Assembly: GCA_017454005.1 (NCBI GenBank)
Contig: JAFTDU010000007.1
Span: forward strand, 19,522 to 83,521
Reading direction: 5' to 3'
From: Desulfovibrionaceae bacterium
GTDB lineage: Bacteria > Desulfobacterota > Desulfovibrionia > Desulfovibrionales > Desulfovibrionaceae
DNA: 64,000 nt
Shown here: piece by piece, positions 58,496-64,000 of the stretch
Layout of the letters: the number at the start of each line of letters is the position of its first letter
Position numbering within the stretch: position 1 is the stretch's first letter
The notes under the pieces: model-generated
What the model was told of the DNA's origin: nothing
Database searches by the model: none
The model's input: only the letters and a program-made list of their open reading frames with translations
Position numbers and translations under genes: made by a program

Positions 58496-59661
58496 AGATG
58501 TGCGAGGAACAGACATTGAATGTAGTCCAAGAGGCAACCTATCTCATTTCAGGCGGCCTGAGCGGCTTTGGTTTGGCGACAGCCGAGGCTTTGGTTAAAC
58601 TTGGCTGCCGCCATTTAATCTTGGTCAGTCGACGTGGCGAAACCCCAGATAACAAGGCTAGTCTAACCCTTTTGCGTGAGACAGGGGTCGAAGTTAAGGC
58701 TTTGGCATGTGATATTAGTGATGCTTCGACCTTTATCCCAAAGGCCCAAGACCTCTTGGCCACAATGCCGCCCTTAAAAGGCATTATCCATGCGGCAGCC
58801 TGTCTTAAGGATGTCTTAATCACAAACATGCAAGAGCGAGATCTCAAAGTCTCCATGGCACCCAAAATTGGTGGCGCCATGATCTTGGATCAATTTTCAA
58901 GAGATTATGCCTTGGATTTTTTCATTGTCTATTCCTCGGTGACCACGCTTTTGGGTAACCCAGGTCAAGGCAATTATGTGGCAAGTAACCTCGCCATGGA
59001 AAATTTGGTAGCTAGACGCCGCAATCAGGGCTTACCAGGTCTTGCCTTGGGCTTTGGGGCCATTTTAGATCATGGCATGTTGACCAGGGATCCTAAGACC
59101 TTAAAAAGTCTTCAAGAGCGTACAGGGCTTGTGCCCTATACGGCAGAAGAGGCCTTGAATTTGGCCTTTAGTCTTGAGGATCCCCCAGCTTATGTGGCTT
59201 TATTTGCCGCTGATTTTAAAAAATTGGCGAGGTTACCCATAGCGCGTCAACCCAGATTTAGTCCCCTCATTTTAGCCCAAGATTTGCAACGTGAGGCCCA
59301 AGGCAGCTTTAAAATGCGCTTAGAAAAAGCCGCACCAGAAGATAGGGGCAACTTAATTTTAGAGGAACTCAAAGTGGTGCTTGCTAGGATCTTGCACACA
59401 AGCTTTGAGCAGATTCAGGTGCATCAACCCCTGCAAGCCATGGGTCTCGATTCTTTGATGGGGGTAGAGTTATCACTAGCTCTTGAAGACATGTTTTCTG
59501 GCAACATTGCAGGTGGCTTTAATGCCCAAATGACTTTGGCAGAATTAAGTGTGCGTCTGGAACAGGCCTTAGAGCAGCAGAGTGGGCAGACAGATATGCT
59601 TGATGAACTTGGGCGCAAACATGGGGTTACTGTTGCCCCGCTCTTAAAGGAGCAAGCATGA
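58492..59661 (+). CDS. PKS C-terminal part (KR-ACP)
   Basis: TYLISGGLSGFG, GNPGQGNYVASN, ACP motif GLDSLMGVEL. Confidence 0.9.
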   Translation: MKMCEEQTLNVVQEATYLISGGLSGFGLATAEALVKLGCRHLILVSRRGETPDNKASLTLLRETGVEVKALACDISDASTFIPKAQDLLATMPPLKGIIHAAACLKDVLITNMQERDLKVSMAPKIGGAMILDQFSRDYALDFFIVYSSVTTLLGNPGQGNYVASNLAMENLVARRRNQGLPGLALGFGAILDHGMLTRDPKTLKSLQERTGLVPYTAEEALNLAFSLEDPPAYVALFAADFKKLARLPIARQPRFSPLILAQDLQREAQGSFKMRLEKAAPEDRGNLILEELKVVLARILHTSFEQIQVHQPLQAMGLDSLMGVELSLALEDMFSGNIAGGFNAQMTLAELSVRLEQALEQQSGQTDMLDELGRKHGVTVAPLLKEQA

Positions 59662-61007
59662 GTCAGGAACAAAACTTTGGTTTGTCAGAAAAAGCCAAAG
59701 CCAATTTGCTTGCCAAAATGCGCGGACAAGCAGCACCAAAGATTAAGCATGAACGCTCTTTAGAAGAACAAATTTCCCCTGATCTTTTGCGTTTTGACAC
59801 CTTACCCTGCTACACCCAATTAAAAGTTCAACAGGCAGTTGCTGCCAAACTTGGCTTTCCAGATCCCTATTACGCCTGTCATAGTGGGCTCTCACAGGCT
59901 CATGCGACAATTTTAGGCAAAACCTATCTGAATTTTTCCTGCTATGACTATTTGGGGCTTAATGGTGATCCACGTCTTCTTGAAGCAGTTAGTAACGCCG
60001 CTAAAACCTATGGCATTTCAGCCTCAGCTAGCCGCCTAACTGCAGGGGAACGCCCGCCACACCATGCGCTTGAAGCAGGTCTTGCTGAGATCTATGGGAC
60101 GGAAGATTGTCTTGTCTTTGTGAGTGGCCATGCTACCAATGTGTCAACCATAGAGTGCCTTTTTGGGCCCCAAGATGTCATCTTTTATGATGCCCTAAGT
60201 CACAATTCTTTAATTTTGGGGGCCCAAGCTGCAGGCAGTGCCAGATTTTGTTATCCCTCAAATGATACAAAAGCCTTACGCAATCTCTTAATTGAGCATC
60301 GCAAGCAGTTTAAACGGGCCTTGATTGTGACCGAAGGTCTCTTTGGCATGGATGGCTGTGTCTGTGATTTGCCAGAGCTCCTGGCCCTAAAGCAGGAGTT
60401 TGGCTGCTTTTTGATGGTTGATGAAGCCCACTCCCTAGGTGTTCTTGGCGAACATGGCTTTGGGGTTAGTGAGTACTTTAAGATTAAGCCAAGCCAAGTT
60501 GACATTTGGATGGGTACTCTGTCGAAAACTTTCTGTGGCTGTGGGGGCTTTATTGCTGGTTCCCATGTGCTCATTGAAATTTTAAAGTATTTTGCCCCTG
60601 GCTTTGTCTATAGTGTAGGCCTACCGCCTCTTTTGGCTGCTGCTTCTTGCAAGGCTTTGGAGATCATGCAAGAAGAACCTTGGCGGGTTGCTAAACTGCA
60701 AGCAAATAGTCGCTACATGTTAGAAGAAGCGCATAAATTAGGACTTGATACAGGCAAGGCACAAGGCTCTGCTGTTATTCCTGTACATGTAGGCGATTCT
60801 TTAAGCTGTGTCATCTTAGCCCACATGTTGCGCGAAGCGCAGATTCTGGTTCTGCCCATCATCTACCCAGGTGTGGAAGAGGGTAAGGCCCGCTTGCGCT
60901 TTTTTGTGTCAGCAACCCACACTGAAGAACAAATCTCCCTGGCACTTAATAAGACGCAGCAGTTGTTGCCCAAGGCACGTGCGCGTGCTGCAGACTTTTC
61001 TGGATAA
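59658..61007 (+). CDS. PLP-dependent alpha-oxoamine synthase, WcbT/RkpG-like
   Basis: NFSCYDYLGL, FVSGHATN, SHNS, DEAHS, GTLSK; ATGA overlap with the KR-ACP gene. Confidence 0.9.
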   Translation: MSQEQNFGLSEKAKANLLAKMRGQAAPKIKHERSLEEQISPDLLRFDTLPCYTQLKVQQAVAAKLGFPDPYYACHSGLSQAHATILGKTYLNFSCYDYLGLNGDPRLLEAVSNAAKTYGISASASRLTAGERPPHHALEAGLAEIYGTEDCLVFVSGHATNVSTIECLFGPQDVIFYDALSHNSLILGAQAAGSARFCYPSNDTKALRNLLIEHRKQFKRALIVTEGLFGMDGCVCDLPELLALKQEFGCFLMVDEAHSLGVLGEHGFGVSEYFKIKPSQVDIWMGTLSKTFCGCGGFIAGSHVLIEILKYFAPGFVYSVGLPPLLAAASCKALEIMQEEPWRVAKLQANSRYMLEEAHKLGLDTGKAQGSAVIPVHVGDSLSCVILAHMLREAQILVLPIIYPGVEEGKARLRFFVSATHTEEQISLALNKTQQLLPKARARAADFSG

Positions 61008-61013
61008 AGAATT

Positions 61014-62237
61014 TTGAGAAATTTTCTATTTTTGCAAGGCCCATTAAGTTTTTTCTTCTACCGCTTAGGTCAAGCCTTGCAGGCGCAAGGGGTGGGTGTC
61101 TATCGCATTAATTTTTGCGGCGGAGACTGCGTATTTTGGCCAGGTAAAGCCTCGTTTTGGCAGGGGCCTTCGTGGCAGTGGCCGCAATATATTGGCCAAT
61201 TTTTAAAAGATAAAAATATTACTGATGTTGTGCTGTTGGGTGATTGGCGCCCCTTACACCATGAGGCAGTGCTCCTAGCGCAAGCCCGTGGCAGCAAGGT
61301 CTGGGTCTATGAAGAGGGGTACTTGCGTCCTGGGTTTCTGACGTTAGAAGAAGGTGGAGTCAATGCCACATCAAGGCTCCCCAAAAACCCCATAGATGTC
61401 GCAGCAAGAGCTTGCGAGCTGCAAGATGGTGATAGGAAAGGCTCTAAGGCCCCTAATCCCATGTATTTTCGCGTCCTCTGTACAGCCTGGCACCATGTGG
61501 GCAATTTCTGTTTGTGGCCCCTCTTTTTTCGCTATAAGACCCATAGACCCTACTGTATTGGCCGCGAACTCTTAGGTCATCTGCCGCGCTTTATCTCGCA
61601 CATTGCCCGCCGCAAAGAGAGTATCAATGTCTTACGCTGGGTCTTAAAGCAAAATGCCCCCTTCTATTTTTTTCCCTTGCAGCTGGATTCAGATTCGCAA
61701 ATTCGCCGCTACTCGCCCTTTACAGGCGTCCTTGATGCCCTTGCTACTGCCATTATAAGTTTTGCAGCCTTCGCGCCGCCAAATAGTTATCTCTTAATCA
61801 AAAATCATCCCTTAGATAATGGGCTCATTAACTATCGGCGCTATATTCGTGCGCTGGGCCAGGCTACAGGGTGTGTGGAGAGATTACGTTTTGTGGAAGG
61901 GGTTAACAACACATCCATTATTGATCTCTGTCAGGCCGTAGTCTTATGCAATAGTACCTTGGGGCTTACAGCCTTACAACGGGGTAGAGCCGTCTACTGT
62001 ATGGGTGAGGCCATCTATGCCATGCCAGGCTTAGCTGTGTCTGAGAAAGAAATGCCACTCAAAGATTTTTGGCGGGAACCTAGGAGCCCCAATCAAGAGC
62101 TTGTGCAGCAGTTTTGTAAGGTCTTACGCCATGATGCTTTGGTGCCAGGTAACTTTTATAACCGTCTAGGTATATCTGATGCGATTGTAGCATCTATGGA
62201 ACGCATGGGGATTAAGAGCGGGTCTAGCCCAAAATAG
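61014..62237 (+). CDS. kpsS: Capsule Kdo transferase KpsS/WcbO/LipB
   Basis: FLFLQGP, EEGYLRP, PLQLDSDSQI, IKNHPLD, NSTLG. Confidence 0.92.
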   Translation: MRNFLFLQGPLSFFFYRLGQALQAQGVGVYRINFCGGDCVFWPGKASFWQGPSWQWPQYIGQFLKDKNITDVVLLGDWRPLHHEAVLLAQARGSKVWVYEEGYLRPGFLTLEEGGVNATSRLPKNPIDVAARACELQDGDRKGSKAPNPMYFRVLCTAWHHVGNFCLWPLFFRYKTHRPYCIGRELLGHLPRFISHIARRKESINVLRWVLKQNAPFYFFPLQLDSDSQIRRYSPFTGVLDALATAIISFAAFAPPNSYLLIKNHPLDNGLINYRRYIRALGQATGCVERLRFVEGVNNTSIIDLCQAVVLCNSTLGLTALQRGRAVYCMGEAIYAMPGLAVSEKEMPLKDFWREPRSPNQELVQQFCKVLRHDALVPGNFYNRLGISDAIVASMERMGIKSGSSPK

Positions 62238-62288
62238 TATGTTTCTAGCCTGATCTAGCTCTTTTTAAGGATTTGCTTGGGAGTGAAG

Positions 62289-62891
62289 ATGTCTGAAGAA
62301 TTCACTTTTAGACAGGGAGAGGCGCAGGATGCGCCTTTTTTGTCTAAATGTATAACGCAGGTCTCAGGAGGGGTGGTTGAAGCACTCTTGGGAGAGCTTT
62401 TACCAAATATTGCGGCTCAAGATCTGCTCTTAACCGTTGTGCAAGATGCTTCTTCCCATTATAGCTACCAAAATTGCATTCTAGCCTGCATGGGACCTAC
62501 CCCCAAGGGCTTACTCTTTGCCTACCCAGCAGAAGCACAGGTCATCCCGCCCCTTTTAAGTGCTATGGTGCCCAAGGCACGCATAACACCCTTTGTAGAT
62601 ATCTTAACAGCCGCAGTTCCAGAAAGTCTCTATATTAATACATTGTGGGTGGCTGAAGAATTGCGCGGGCATGGTTTGGCCAAAGCTTTACTTAATTTTG
62701 CCAAATCTTGGGCGCAATCCCTTAATCTTACATCCCTAAGTCTCTTTGTGCTGCAAGAAAATGTTAGGGCGAAAGCATTTTATCTACGTGAAGGCTTTAA
62801 AAAAGTGCGCAGCGTGCAAGTGCCAGAGGTTATTTTTGCCCAACATGGGGGGGGTGAACTTTTAAGAGCCGAGCTGAATCCATGTGGGTAA
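62289..62891 (+). CDS. GNAT acetyltransferase
   Basis: LYINTLWV...RGHGLAKALL, N.RA.AFY.REGF. Confidence 0.88.
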   Translation: MSEEFTFRQGEAQDAPFLSKCITQVSGGVVEALLGELLPNIAAQDLLLTVVQDASSHYSYQNCILACMGPTPKGLLFAYPAEAQVIPPLLSAMVPKARITPFVDILTAAVPESLYINTLWVAEELRGHGLAKALLNFAKSWAQSLNLTSLSLFVLQENVRAKAFYLREGFKKVRSVQVPEVIFAQHGGGELLRAELNPCG

Positions 62892-64000
62892 CCTTTTTTT
62901 GTCTGCTCATAAGTATAATTTATGTGATACTCTTGCAGAGGCTTGCTTCAGGTCACCCCATTATTAAAAAGCTTTGGCCTGATGTGGTTGCGGGTTATGT
63001 GGGGGCCTTTTTTTTTGCAAGTTTTGCCTTGCTTTCGGCAAGACCCTATGTTGCGCTGCTTTTGACCATTATGAGTGTGGGTATATTGTTTTTGACAAAC
63101 CATGCAAAACGCTTAGCCTTGCGCAATGAACCCTTACTCTTTGCAGATATAAATCTTGCCTGGCAAGTGGCGCATTTCCCCTGGCTCTATCTACCCTTTC
63201 TGCCCTATAAAACGGTTTTGTGGGTCTTAGGCATCTGTGCGCCCCTCTTTATCTGGCTAATCCTTGCAACTCATGCAACTTACTCGTTGTGGCTTATCTT
63301 GCTCCTGTGTCCTTTTTTTGCGGTACTCTTAGCCTTAAAAATGCCTAGGCTTGCTCTAATTATACGTAAGATCTTAGCCCATTTTCCTTTAGAGTTTAGT
63401 GCCAAAGATACTGTGACCTATGGGCCCCTTGGTGCTGCCATTTTGCATGGGCTCTGGCATACTTTTGAGCGCGGTAAAAGCTTAGGCATAAAGGCCTCAA
63501 CTTCCACTCCTTATGCTCCCGTAAGCTATAGCGAGACTATCTTTCAGGATATTAGAACACGTGTAACAAAAAAAAGCTTGCAAGATTTGCCCCATGTGCT
63601 CTTAATCCAAGAAGAATCTTTTTGTGATCCAAGAAGCTATGCAGAAGGTATCCCAAAGGATTTTTTAAGTAACTTTGATAGTTTAAAAGCTGCTTGTCTT
63701 GGGCTAAATTTAGGGGTTAGGGCCTATGGTGCCTATACCATGCGCACCGAATATGAGGTCTTAACAGGCATTGAAGCTACTTATTTAGGTACAGATGCCT
63801 TTCACCCCTATTGGAGTGCCGCAAAGATCACTTCCTGGTCCCTTGCCCACTATTTGGCAAGTCTTGGCTATATGACAGTCTGTGTGCATCCCTTTGCACG
63901 AAGCTTTTTTTACCGGGATAAGGCATTGCCCCGCTTGGGCTTTGAGCGGTTTATTTCCTTGGAAAATTTCCCTAATCCCCGCACCTTTGGGCCCTATATT
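62882..64000 (+). CDS. WcbQ/RkpI-like LTA-synthase/sulfatase-family membrane protein (runs off the window end)
   Basis: Manual translation from ATG 62882: TM segments, NHAKRLALRNEPLLFAD, LLIQEESFCDP, GAYTMRTEYEVLTG, VHPF..FF.RD. Confidence 0.85.
   Translation, partial: MWVTFFCLLISIIYVILLQRLASGHPIIKKLWPDVVAGYVGAFFFASFALLSARPYVALLLTIMSVGILFLTNHAKRLALRNEPLLFADINLAWQVAHFPWLYLPFLPYKTVLWVLGICAPLFIWLILATHATYSLWLILLLCPFFAVLLALKMPRLALIIRKILAHFPLEFSAKDTVTYGPLGAAILHGLWHTFERGKSLGIKASTSTPYAPVSYSETIFQDIRTRVTKKSLQDLPHVLLIQEESFCDPRSYAEGIPKDFLSNFDSLKAACLGLNLGVRAYGAYTMRTEYEVLTGIEATYLGTDAFHPYWSAAKITSWSLAHYLASLGYMTVCVHPFARSFFYRDKALPRLGFERFISLENFPNPRTFGPYI

Noticed and set aside
1-64000. tRNA, rRNA, CRISPR array, prophage or integrase genes
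   Set aside because: None recognisable by eye.

Overview
Chromosomal window from a Desulfovibrionaceae-like bacterium (inferred from gene content and protein style). Most of it is housekeeping and envelope genes: two phenylacetate-CoA-ligase-like genes, nth, cheV, ZraP/ZraS/ZraR-like genes, argB, gltX, fliR, IHF/HU, an MBOAT pair, a ClC transporter, ygiQ, ttcA-like, telA/xpaC, sppA and a CoA-disulfide reductase-rhodanese. There is also an AT-rich island of capsule-synthesis genes (tagD, kdsD/kpsF, TagF-like, acetyltransferase) and a capsule export/anchor cluster of the Burkholderia wcb / Sinorhizobium rkp type (KpsE, KpsD, KpsC, a type I PKS split into two ORFs, an alpha-oxoamine synthase, KpsS, GNAT, a WcbQ-like sulfatase). 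The standout feature is in the endonuclease III gene nth. It is interrupted by an 886-nt ORF-less insertion containing two tandem, diverged but structurally co-varying group I ribozyme cores. Removing the insertion restores a 210-aa Nth with its 4Fe-4S motif. Both cores carry a guide sequence complementary to the same 5' exon end, suggesting a twin, nested or recursive self-splicing intron. Orphan IS200/IS605-type ends, one resembling a TnpB omegaRNA, are also present. All calls come from motif recognition by eye; no searches were run.
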